Positions 11,520 to 22,853 of a stretch of DNA of 64,000 nucleotides are shown piece by piece; position 1 is the first letter of the stretch, and every line of letters starts with the position of its first letter. A program made the position numbers and the translations under genes. The notes under the pieces were generated by a model that saw nothing but the letters and a program-made list of their open reading frames with translations, was not told where the DNA came from and did no database searches. This stretch comes from Entomortierella parvispora E1425 (taxonomy: Eukaryota; Fungi; Mortierellomycota). Location of the stretch: assembly GCA_020891255.1 (NCBI GenBank), contig BQFW01000001.1, forward strand, positions 496,001 through 560,000. Direction: 5' to 3'.

Positions 11520-14058
11520 GGGGACTGGCTAGAGCTGCCAGGGAGACTGTCGCCTTTTTGACAGGATCTCAGCAGCTAAAGCTGCCGACCCAAACAAAGA
11601 AGAACACCAGGGCAGCCTCTAACAGAAGTACCAGAACTGCCCACAGCTCTCAATCCACTCGGACGACCAGATCTACAGCGGCCAAGATACTTGGCAAAGG
11701 AAAGGGTGATGCACCATATTAATTTCCCCAATGCTGCAAATCTCAACCTTTAATGTATGCGGGATACGTAAAACCCGCTCAGTAACCGGACTTTCTTCCG
11801 CTGACTTTCACCGCTGGATGCGACGCTAAACCAAAGGAATCGTATGCCTTCAGGAACTTCAGTTTGACCCCCAGACACCCAATGACCCAAAAATAACACA
11901 CTGGCTGGAGACTGCACTTGGCGCAACATCTGCTATCTGGACCCCCTTCTGCGCCATCCTTCTCAAAGACAACTCCCTCTCCATCATCAACAGCTCCACT
12001 TCCCCATACAATCGTGCCATATTCGCTACCATTGCTTTCACTACTTTTACCCTGACCTTTTACATCTGCTGCATCTACGCGCCTGCCAATCCCTAGGAGC
12101 GCTCCACATTCCTCAACAATCTTCTCCCCCTCCCCTTCTTCATCTCCCCTCCACCTTTCTTCACACTCGTGGGAGATCTCAACTTTCGCCACCACACTCG
12201 GAACAACCACCCACACTTTCAGGACTGGCTGCGACGGAATGCGGCAGATGCCCTACTTGATGGACAGCAGGAGCTACCCACCTTCACCTCATCAGCAGGA
12301 GGGCATCGATCCACAATTAACTACATTTTTCTGTCACCAACACTCGCCAATCACACCTCCAACAGGAGATTACTCTACTCCTGCGGATTCTCGGATCACG
12401 ACCTGCTGAGCATCGACCTCAGTCCTCCAGGAGGTATACCTCGGGTAAATGGAGTATTGCAATGCAACAGGTTCCACATCCGACAACCAGAATTCGCCCC
12501 TATCCTCAAACAGGCACTGGACCACTTGTTCACCCGCCCATTTCGAGGCAGTGACGCCGCAGCATGGGAACGGGTAAAGAAACGAGTGAAAGCTGTGTGC
12601 ATATCTTACTCTACAGCAGCCAGAAAGCGAGAAGACAATTCTCTAGACCTTCTTCACCACCGTCGACAGGACTCGATCCTCCAGGAATCCATAGTCCTGG
12701 GCACAAACGATCCTTACCTCCTGGTCACACAGTCTGCAATTCGACTCATTGAACAGGAATTGGATCAGCTAAATGGAAAACACCTAGAACAGCTGGCGTT
12801 CCGATCAGGCCTGCAATGGATAGAAAAAGGAGAACGGTGCACCCAGTATTTCCACAGAGCAATCAAACAACGACATCAAAAACGCTCAATCCCTTCACTG
12901 GTCCGACCTAATGAACCGGACGTGGTAATGGAGGAGCAGGAGATGAGAGACTACGCCCGCTCGTTCTACAGTGAACTATACACCCCAGATGAACACCCTC
13001 AGGCAGCAGCAGCCATGGATCAGATTCTTCTCCCCCTGCAACATCGACCTCATGTGACAGCAGAAGAGAACACAAAAATCTTTCTTCCTCTGACTAGGGA
13101 CGATCTTGAGGGCCTGCTGAACCACACCCCCAGAGGTAGGGGGCCAGGAGATGATGGCCTCCGCTTTGAGCTGTATCCTCTCCTTTTTAAGCACGACTCA
13201 ACTGCTCTCTTCTTTCTGCGCGTCATCAACAGGGCCTTGCTTACGGGGGAATACCCCCCCTCATGGTATCGGACAGTCATGATCCTATTCCACAAAAAGG
13301 GTGACCCTCAACGGCTGGCGAACTGCCGCTCTCTATTTCTCATCAACTGTGACGCAAAGCTCTTTACCAAAGTCCTAGCCTAGACTCAATGGCATTCTAC
13401 CTCGACTATTGACGCCATACCAAACTGGATTTGTTCAGGGACGAGCAATTGCTGACAACGCAGTCATCCTTTCCTACGCCATAGACCACTGCAAGGCTGA
13501 AGGCAGCGGAGGCATAGGAGTTCTCCTGCACCAGGAAAAAGCTTATGATCGGGTTCACTCAGGGTATCTGGAGGCTACTTTGAAGGCTTTTGGTTTCTCG
13601 GCTCAGTTCACTCGACTCCTGACAGATCTTTCTTCAATACCCGGGTACAACTGAACATCAACGGGTATATAGCCCCACCTTGTCAGCAACGTCGCGGCCT
13701 GCGACAAGGGGACCCACTCTCCCCCTTGCTCTTTAACCTGGCTTTCGAACCTCTTCTTCAGACCTTATTGACAGATGCTCGACTACAAGGATGCAGACTG
13801 CCAGATCCATGTGCAGATGTCCGCCTCCTGGCCTATGCCGACGATCTCCTTCATTTCATCAACTCGGTCCGGGAATGGGCGGTTCTCCAGGAACTTCTCG
13901 ACCTTTTCAGCAGAGCCTCCAACGCCAAGGTCAACCTGTCCAAAACAATCGCTTTCCCCCTCTCCGACACTCCGGACCGAGGGCTCAAACAGCTGGTAAC
14001 CACATCGGGAGCAAAATGGAACGACTCTGAGGCTCTGTCCTTTGAGAAGTATTTGGGT
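11520..14058 (+). mobile_element. Decayed L1/Tx1-like LINE, 5' part (end of ORF1, APE endonuclease from ATG 11731, RT)
   Basis: MLQISTFNVCG, CLQE, GDLN, SDH (APE); QTGFVQGR, EKAYDRV, RQGDPLSPLLFNLAFEPL, AYADDL (RT); several stops and frameshifts; interrupted at EKYLG. Confidence 0.9.
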
Positions 14059-14295
14059 GCAATAGTAAAGGCCAAGGGAAGAGCACGAAGATTGAATGAT
14101 GTTTATTTATACTAAAGGTTGCGGTGGTGGCAATGGTGGCAATGGTTTTTTTTTTTTTTTTTTATTGACAAGGGGCCTATAGAAATGTGACCTAAGCCAC
14201 TGTTTCAATCGCATGCTTCTGCATCCAGAGCCGTACGCGACCGTTGCGTCGCTCTCCTCTTTTTAAAAAGAGAAGAACCCGAGGTCTAGGTCGCC

Positions 14296-17200
14296 TCACG
14301 ACAATAAAAATTTACAACTTCCCATCCTTTCCATTACTGCTGGTCGTTGCCGACCTAGGTATGTGTCCAGCAGAATTATATCCGCTTCGATGGCTTCGCC
14401 CGTAAACCCGGGGCAGGTGTTGTTCGTGTGGTTGTCTAGAAATTGTCCGCATTCGCACTCATCCTCCGCCGGTGGTGCTCCGACCCAGGATCGCCATGGG
14501 TTGGCTTGCGCGCCTTGTTGTCTCGGTGGCAGTGTTCTCTTCATCTTCTTGGTGATTGCTTGTTCTTTTTCCGTTGCGACCTGTCTATTGCAACGGTCCA
14601 GCCAGACTGCCTCTCGAATACCTTCCTCGAGAGCGCGGCAGAACCGATGGACGAGGTTTTGGGCCGTGGTGATGTTGGTCTTGAAGAGCTTGCTCCACAC
14701 TTGGGTAAGGCTATGAGGTGAGATCCCTCTGTACAGGTCAGCCACCTTCCATTGCTGGAGTGCCCTCTCCGCCACCGTCAGAGCTGCTTTCCGGACATCC
14801 CATGGAGCACGCTCCACTGTTCCCGTTATGTGTTGTAATGTGGTCCAGACGGCGCGGTCGCTTGGTACTGATATTTTGGGGGCTGCCTTAGTGAAAGGTA
14901 GATGGTTCTGTATGTGGCGATCTCGCTCTTTTGCCCATGTTCTCCGTAAGCGTGCCTCTTCCAGATGTACCCATTCTGCAATGGCCTCTATTGTCTTGGT
15001 CTAGACCTTTCGTTCTGCTGCAATGTGTGCATCGCAGTTCCACAAGTGTTCATTGCTCTCGTCCTGGTCCTCGCAACAAGGGCAAAGAGCGTTGAGGTAG
15101 ATGTCTGGGCGACGGGTGTGTTGGAGATCTTGGGTTGGGAGCACTCCGCACAGCTTCTTGACTCAATGACTGCGTAGCGACGAATCTCTTGGTGAGGTAT
15201 AAAAGGATCCTGTGTTGTTATTGTTGTGTACAATGTCGAGGGTCGACTGCCAGTGTATGTCGCTGCTGTCCAGGTTCATTTTTTTGGTTTGCTTCAGTGC
15301 CATCCATGAACAATGGTCCCTGATGCACGATTGATGGCGAACTAGGCGGCGGACGTCTGTGTCAATATTTGTCTGTAAGAATTGTGCCCCAAACTGAAAG
15401 TCCTGTTGGTGTGACTGATTTATTGTCCACGGCATTGAGTCTGATGTTTGCGCATTGACAGCAGTCCTATCTGCCTCCTCGTTTCCTGGGTCGCCACTAT
15501 GTCCCTTTACCCAGCAGACCTCAACCGCGCCCTGTCGTATGTTGCATGCCTGTGCAATGACAGCCCACTGGATTGCATGGCTGCATCTCATCTTCTCTCT
15601 GGTAGTTGCCCTATCTCTGTGTTTGACCAATTTGCTGAAGTTGTTGACGACGGAGAGGTTGTCCAAGTGGAGGATAATATGTTCCGCTGCTGGTGCCGCG
15701 ACTATGACTGCATGCAGCCCCATGAGTTCCGCCGCTGTTGAGGATGAGAAGCCTTGAAGACGTCCACTTATTCGAATGGGCGTGTCTGGGGCAACTGTGG
15801 CAACTCCAAACGCCATACTGCTATACACAGTGCCTGCCCGGATGAGTGATCCATCCGAGTATATATGTCTTGGTGCGGGTGCGGGTGGGCGAATCTGAAC
15901 CTCAGTGATCGCGTTGGCTGTTGCTTGGTCTACCAGTAAGGATCCTATTGCCACTCTTTCACTGCCTGCTGTGGGGATGGTTGCTTGGACAAGGGCGCGT
16001 TCTGGTGCTCTCTGTTGTCGGAGGAAGGCCGTAGTAGCCTTTCTGCGTTCTCCTGGGGTTGTAGCTCCGAACAGATAGGAAGCATGGTCTCGGTTAGGGG
16101 CTGGTGCTCGTTCAGGCTGCTGTGGTGACTGTGCTCGGTCTGGCTCTGGCTCGGAGTCCTGGTCCTGTGCCGACTCGGGGTCTTGATCTGACGAAAACGA
16201 GAATGAAATGGGTGAACTGGAACGGCTATCTATTAAGGATGAGGGTGTCGAGGAAGAATGCTGGTCGTGTGTGAAAGGTAAGGGGGGAAAGTGTTCGTGT
16301 GGTGAAAGTAAGGGCGATGAAGAAGGGGGGGAAGGAGAAGGAGTGGAGCAGGATGAAGAAGTGGAGGAAGAAGAAGAGTAGAAAAAAGTGGTGTAGGGGT
16401 TTGTTGTGCTCGAGGCACCCCCTTGCTCATTTATGGTGAGCATCTGATATTGTCGCTGGGCTCTTTTTTTCTTTTTTGTTTCTTTTGGACCGTTGTTCTT
16501 TTTTTCTTTGCCCTTTTCTCTCTTTTTTTGCTCTTTTTGCGATCTTGTTGTGTGGTCACTGTCACTGTCACTGTCACTGTTACCTTCATACTCACCTGGC
16601 GACTGGGGGTCGGTTGCAACGTTGCCATCCTTGGTCTGTTGTGTTTGTCCCAGACACTCTGTTGAGAGCAGTCGCGAGTCTAAGTTGCTGCAGTTCGGTT
16701 GGGAAGCGTCGTCGACCGAGCGTTGCTCAGGAGACAGCTGTCCGTCAAGACCCAGTACATTGAGTTGAGATATAGAAGAAAAAACCTCCCCAAAGGAATA
16801 AACATCCTCCTCCGACTCCCAAGCGGGTTCGGATTCATCGGCTTCGTGAAGATAGTCTACGTACCAAAGTGATTCCGTTGTGTTTTCTTTTTCCAATCTT
16901 CTTATCATGTCCTCTCTTGTTCGTGCCAAATCTGTCCCGTTGGCTGTGTTTTTTGTGGGATCTTTTGCTCTGTGCTGCATCTGCAGTCTTTCTCTTTCCA
17001 AGTCTATATTAATGTTGTGGGTCGCTATGAGGCCTGCTGTTGTCAGTTTGGCGGTGATGTGCTCATACCATGTTTGAGGAGTTCGAGTTCGAATTGAATG
17101 CTGCTGTCTGACTTCTGCCCATGTGAGGATGGCGTTCCTGTCATCCGTTAACACCTGGTCCAGATAGAGGAGGCCTGCTTTTTTCAGTTGCTTTCGAGCC

Positions 17201-20200
17201 TTAGCGAACTCCTGTACTGTGAATAGAGTTGTTATTGGCTGTCGCCTGTTGTTCGTTTGCGTAGTGGGGTAGAAGCTTAGGTGTCTCTGGTTCATAAGTC
17301 CACATATTCGTCCTATAATATTGTGTTTTTCTCCTGTCGCTCCTATATCTGGTCTCTCCACTGGGTGTTGCGCGATGCCTAATTGTCTTTGTAGTGCTCG
17401 CGACCTTGATCTGGTGAGTCGACCAATTAGGCCTCGATCGTTAAGACGCGAGTGTAGTGGGCCAATGTGCTCCTCTGCCTGTGTGTCCACCAGTCGTCGT
17501 ACTCCATAGAACCGGCGGTGATGGAGGAGAGCGTACGGTGTGCCCTTCGCAAGGCCTGCCTTTTTCCGTACGGCCTCCGTGTATTTTCCTGTAAGTCGTT
17601 TTGCTTCCGATGGTGACAATACTGTAAGTGATAGGCGGTAGCTCATCCTCGGGAGAAGTACGTTGTTCACGATATACAAGGCCTGGCGGTCGGTGACAGC
17701 TTTCCTATTCAGGATGGCATCGACGGTGTTGATTTCCTCCATGACAAGTTCTTTCGTCTTTTTACTGTTGCCGTCTGCGGCGACCCAGGCTCCCAGGATC
17801 CTTATTGCGACGCTTTTGTGAATTGGTTTGATACTCTCAGGTGGCTGTCCGAACTGTAATGTTGGTGTTTCTACTTCTGTGTTGTTGAGCGCCATTACGA
17901 CTGTCTTTGTCGCGTTGACTTGGATGTCGTGCAATGAGAAAAATGACATGGATCTGTCTAGGATCCTCTGCATGTTGTCTTTGTTGTCTGAGATCCAGTG
18001 CGTGTCATCCACGAATGCGAGCCCTGATACCATTGGAGGCGACAAGTCCGGTTCTGATTCCGTTGGTTGTGGTGTCATTGTGTATCCTGCTTGCAGTTTG
18101 TCTACTGCACAGAGAAGGGGGTCATATGCAATGCGCCACATCAACGGGCATTCAATCCCTCCTTGGTCCAGTCCGCCTTCAACGCGGTACGCCTCTGTCA
18201 GTCCGAAGTCAGTGATGATTCTGTTTTGTTTTGTTTCCGTAATGTCACCCAGGAGGGCAATGAATGTTTCCGGTACTTTGATCCGTCTGAGACCCATTTC
18301 CATCATCCGTTCTGGTGCGCAATCCACTGAGTCAAAGCATTTCTGGATGTCCTGACATACGACCCATACCTCTCTCCTTTCTTGTCTCGCATCCTCCAGG
18401 ACACAATTGAGTGCGTGGATTGGGTCCTTTGTTGTTGTTCCTTTGAGCACCGAAAAGTTGTTTCCTTTGAGTACATTGTGCTTGGATACAATTTCCGATA
18501 GTCTGGATGTCAGGATACTGAACAGGATCTTCCGAGCGTGTTCCAGTAGGGTTAATGGTCTGATGTTGTTGAGATCCCCGTTCCAATCATAGACTTTGGG
18601 GATACAATATATGATCCCTTCTTTCCACTGCGTTGGGAGTCGCCTTTGTGCTATGCATGCCTGTATCAGTTCTGTGAAGGCCGCCAAAGTATCCTCATCT
18701 AAGTGCTGGAACATGTCGTTTGTGATTCCTGATCCTCCTGCCGCTTTGACCTTGGGTGCCGTCCTGATCGCCTCCGCCACTGTCTTCGCATCTGGTACCT
18801 CCATGAGTCCTCCATACCACTCCTCGTCCACTGCCGTCAATGGTTGGTATTCGTTCTCCCATGCCTCTAGTTGTGATACGTCCTGGGTTCTCTTTCGATG
18901 CGTCTTGCCTTTGAAATGCGTCCGTATTCCATCCTTGACTTCAACTGGGCGGTCCTCTATACTCACTCCATTGGCTGTTGTTGTACGTAGCTTGTCCAAT
19001 GTGATTCGAGGCCGTTGTGTATCCAGTATGTTGTGGAGGGCGCGCCCAGTGTTGCTGGCGAAAAGGGCGCAACGTGCCTCTATTGCCTCGTCGATCTTTT
19101 TTCGAACTCCAAGTTTCTTCTCTACTTGTCGTGCAGTCAATCGATCGGCCCATACTGTCCGTACCTTGCCTCTCCAATCTGTCCAGGTCTGCACTGTGGC
19201 TGATGAGGGTGGTACCTTGGACAGTCGTATTCCTTGTTGCGTTAGGGCGAAATGATGGTGTTTGATGCGGTCGTAGGATTCCTGTTGCTTGTTTGCACCA
19301 TTGTTGTTGTCTATGAAATGTTTGGAGGTCATATACAGTATACTTCCGAGGGCACGGCACTGACTCGCCAGCTCCTGTTCTCTGCAGGGTGTGCGACTTA
19401 CACCGCCAACTTTTTGGATTGGTAGGGTTGCTTTGGCTGTTGTCATCAGTAGGTCGCGTATCCTGGTCCACTGTTCATCGGTATTGATGTCTGTGAGCTC
19501 TAAAGCTGTTGCTTCTACCCTTCCTTGCCCTTTCAACGCTTCTGTGAAGTTCGACCAGTCTGTTGCTGTGGCTTTACGATAATTGATTCTCGTGCTGCGT
19601 ATGCGGTGTCGCCTGAGCATTGCTTTTGTTACTGGTCTGGTAGCAGTGCTCATGTTATACGACGCCATAGCAGCTTTGTGGTCAGTGCCGACAGAGTCCG
19701 GTACCGCACCAATCCATGCTTCCATTAGTCGCGGTTGGAGTGTAGTCGAGTTGAACACTAGGTCTATTCTGCTAATCTCTTTGAAAGTGTAGTCTAAAAC
19801 GTGTGGGTGAAGGAATCGAAATGTGTCCACCAGGCCAGCACTAGTAGAGTGTCGCAGGAATGTAGTTTCTGGCGTGGTAGACGTGTGAGCTGGGTTGATG
19901 CGGTCGATGAGGGGCGACATGACGCCATTGAAGTCGCCCAGGAGTATAAGCGCCATGTCATTTGCACGAGCCTCTTCAACTTCCGCTTGAACCCATTTTT
20001 GTAGTTGTGTACTGATATTGGCAGCTGTGTTGCTGCCGCGAGGAGGAAAGTAACTATTTACAATTCGTAAGCGTAGGCCACCTCTGAACGCGAGGTCGAT
20101 TGATATCCCTCGCGCCAGATGTCTTTTAATTCGCTGTATATATTTTGCCCAATTTGTTCGAACTAGTAGAGCAACCCCACTGCCGTTCTGCTGCTCTTCA

Positions 20201-20457
20201 TCACTCGCCCAGTATCCCACAAAGTTGCATTTCTGCGTTTGGACTGGGGGCAGCGAGAATTTTTCTTTTTCTTTTCTTGTATTTGTCTCTTGACACCCGA
20301 TTATGTCCAGGGCCTGTTCACCGTCGCCCCAATCACAAACGGTTTGAAAGACAACGTTGCCGTTGCCACCTCGCACGTTAATGGTTGCCACTCTTAATTC
20401 ATCTCCGAATACTCTCTCCTCGTTGTCCGTTTTTTCAGGAATGTGTGTGTCAGACAT
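14296..20457 (-). pseudogene. LINE ORF2: APE endonuclease - RT - long disordered linker - RNase H - CCHC; ~2053 codons with two in-frame stops (15163-15165 TGA, 15001-15003 TAG)
   Basis: ATINVRG, GCQET, GDFNG, RIDLVF, TDH (APE); QDIQKCFDSV, QGGIECPLMWRIAYDPLL, LAFVDDT (RT); IYSDGSL, AELMG, LDNLSVV, WVKGHSGDPGNEEAD (RNase H); read-through of the stops gives CPCCEDQDESNEHLWNC and continues in frame to 14296. Confidence 0.9.
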
Positions 20458-22400
20458 TAAAGGTCCGAGTCTTCGTTTTGTTCTTCACTGTTCTCCTCTT
20501 GGGAGGCCAGGAATTGTGCAAAGAGAGGGGAGTTTTGGAATTGGTCATAAGAGTCCAGCTTTAGCTGGGACTCTTGCAATTGTGCTATGGCTACAGACAG
20601 CCGCTGTTCCAGCTCCAGAAACTCTCTCTCAGTCTGCAACCCTTTCACGAAGTCCGCATCCGTTTTTCTCTTTCTCTGCATGATCTTCCCTATGCCGGCC
20701 ATTGACTGTTGGGATGAAGATAATGGAAAGGAGCCGAAGTTGATACCCTCCATCGAGTCGAGAGCTGCCTGGGGTGTTGATTGTTTCCAACCATTCACCA
20801 ACTCATTCGCCTCTTGGGTATTGAGAATTTGACTCATTTGGGAAGGGGGAACAACTGGGCTCGGGTTTGTGGGTTGGAAGGTGCTGATGTTGGAAGGGAT
20901 GTTCTGAAACTGTGAGTCTGGCTGCGATTCTTGTGCAGGGGTAGTTGTGGTAGGGGCGATAACTGGAAGGATGGTCTTAATCATCGCCTTGAATTCATCC
21001 ATCATTTTTTTTTCTCTGTTCACCCAATGGCGTTCTAACTGTTCCAGTTTTTTGGTCCAAATCTGATCCAACTCTTGTCGGAGTGTGTCAAGTGCAGCTG
21101 TCTCCACAGATAGTCCTGCGGAGATCGTAGCCTGACCATTGTTGTTCGTGTTGTGCTGTGTTTTGAACGAGACTTGGGAAGGGGTATGGGTGATGGGCGA
21201 AGGGGTGGCTCTCTTTTTGGGTGCAGTTACCGCTGCGTAGCTCTTTTGTGTGGGGTTCACGATGGGGGCAAACTCTTCTTTCCAGTGCGCACGGTTCTGA
21301 TAGAATACATTCTTTGCTCTGTCATTATGTATCTCTTTGCGCTTCCGGCTGTCCTCACAGTCACCAACCTTATGTTCAATGGATCCACACGAGTAACACG
21401 CTTTTTCATTCATTCCCACCCATGCTGTCAATTTCTGGTACCCTGCCTCAAATCGCGCACCGCTGACTTTGTCCCATTGCTCCTCATCAGTGAAAGTGAC
21501 GAAAGCCTCACGGAATCGTCTTCCAAATCGAACTGTGACGGGCATAGTAATGGTGGCGAACTCGTAGCCGGCGTCCTGGAACATAGTGGCAACAGTGCGT
21601 GGAGTGGATCCTTGGGGGAGGTTGACCAGTTTCTGTCGGATGTTGTGGGTGTGGTCTACTATGTTGTTGCCATATCGCTTGATTTGTCCAGAGTCGTCTC
21701 CAATAATGACCATAAAAGGGTTGCCTTGTTGCATGGTGTCAATCGAGTCTGCGGAGGTGAAGGTGACTGTTGCGGTGCTCATACTGCCTTTAAAGTTTTT
21801 GCCCATGATAACTTGGTCAACCTCTCCCCATTCCTCACAGGCGATTCGGACATCAGTTTCGGTGGCGTGGACACTGAGAGCGACTATGTCGAGGGAGAAG
21901 GCGTGGTCGTGGTCTTGCATGTCCTGTGTGAATCTTTCGAATGCTACAGTGTATGTGTTGCTGTCGACGGAGTCCTGGGTGCTGGAATCTGTGTTCTCTG
22001 GGCTGAATGCGCCCTGGATCAGTTTTTCGAGGTCGCGCTCGTTGGTCACTTCGACCAAGATATATCTCACACGTGCCATTGGCAGGGGGACGACCGCTTT
22101 TCCTTTGGGGTCCAGGCTGCGCCTGATGGAAATTATCTGGGGTGCTCTCAAAAGGATGACCAACGTTTTCAGCTGGCCTTTCATCCATTGTCGCTTCTGG
22201 TTGTTGCTGTTGCCTGTTGCGTGGTCAGCGGGGAAGATGGCCTGGAAACGTTGGGTGTGCTTCGTTTTGACCGGGGTGAACCCTTGGTCTTCGGGTGCTG
22301 GTTCCGAAGGTGGGGTCTCAGGAACATTTTCGTCGCATTCCATGCCTGTTATGACAGGTTTGCGCAGAGAGAATCGCAGCGCAGGGGTTGGCTGAGACAT
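20457..22400 (-). CDS. LINE ORF1 (gag-like, 647 aa) with RRM-like folds, a CCHC zinc knuckle and a coiled-coil region
   Basis: CYSCGSIEHKVGDC knuckle; RRM-like segments (ATVTFTS, EAFVTFTD); stop codon overlaps ORF2 start (TAATG). Confidence 0.85.
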   Translation of the reverse strand: MSQPTPALRFSLRKPVITGMECDENVPETPPSEPAPEDQGFTPVKTKHTQRFQAIFPADHATGNSNNQKRQWMKGQLKTLVILLRAPQIISIRRSLDPKGKAVVPLPMARVRYILVEVTNERDLEKLIQGAFSPENTDSSTQDSVDSNTYTVAFERFTQDMQDHDHAFSLDIVALSVHATETDVRIACEEWGEVDQVIMGKNFKGSMSTATVTFTSADSIDTMQQGNPFMVIIGDDSGQIKRYGNNIVDHTHNIRQKLVNLPQGSTPRTVATMFQDAGYEFATITMPVTVRFGRRFREAFVTFTDEEQWDKVSGARFEAGYQKLTAWVGMNEKACYSCGSIEHKVGDCEDSRKRKEIHNDRAKNVFYQNRAHWKEEFAPIVNPTQKSYAAVTAPKKRATPSPITHTPSQVSFKTQHNTNNNGQATISAGLSVETAALDTLRQELDQIWTKKLEQLERHWVNREKKMMDEFKAMIKTILPVIAPTTTTPAQESQPDSQFQNIPSNISTFQPTNPSPVVPPSQMSQILNTQEANELVNGWKQSTPQAALDSMEGINFGSFPLSSSQQSMAGIGKIMQRKRKTDADFVKGLQTEREFLELEQRLSVAIAQLQESQLKLDSYDQFQNSPLFAQFLASQEENSEEQNEDSDL

Positions 22401-22853
22401 ACTGCTGAGTTGGGTACGGGTGTTTTTTTTTGTTTTTTCTGTCGTTTTTGTGTGTTTGGGGTGTGGAAGGTGTGGGAGGGAGAGGACTTATCAACGGCTC
22501 AGGGGTTGGGAGTGGATGGGGGGTGGGCCGTTTGCAGTTGAAAAGTCGTCTTTGCGAGAATATGGGAGAGTGAATGTGTCGAGAATAGGAAAAAAGTAGG
22601 TGAAAATGACCGGATCAGGGTCGGCTATTCGATTATCGCACAGGGCACCACGGTAGCCGGGTTGGCAGCTGTGAGCGGTGTTTGTATTGATTCGAACTTT
22701 TTGCCCACTTTTTTGAGTGGAGGGAAGGTAGGGCAATGGTGGCAATGGTGGCAGTGGTTGTAGTTGACCCTTTGTTTGTGGCTTTGCTGTGAGTGAAGGC
22801 GCTGCACGGTCAGTCTGATTTAAATCAGACTGTTGCACGAGATCTATTTGTTT

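Larger units (their letters stand above)
14146..22731 (-). mobile_element. Full-length non-LTR retrotransposon (LINE), 8586 bp, with poly(A) tail and 17-bp target-site duplication
   Basis: T18 at 14146-14163; identical TSD GGCAATGGTGGCAATGG at 14129-14145 and 22732-22748; 5'UTR, ORF1, ORF2, 3'UTR in order. Confidence 0.95.
14059..22853. other. ~190-bp non-coding insert in the L1-like RT (14059-14145 + 22749-22853), split by the 8.6-kb LINE
   Basis: Host frame EKYLG|YPIP is interrupted; imperfect 10-bp duplication GTATTTGGGT (14049-14058) / GTATTGGGGT (22854-22863); contains (GGCAATGGT)n and a perfect 22-bp palindrome at 22811-22832. Confidence 0.6.

Noticed and set aside
21153-22541. 462-aa and 269-aa plus-strand ORFs
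   Set aside because: Antisense shadows of LINE ORF1
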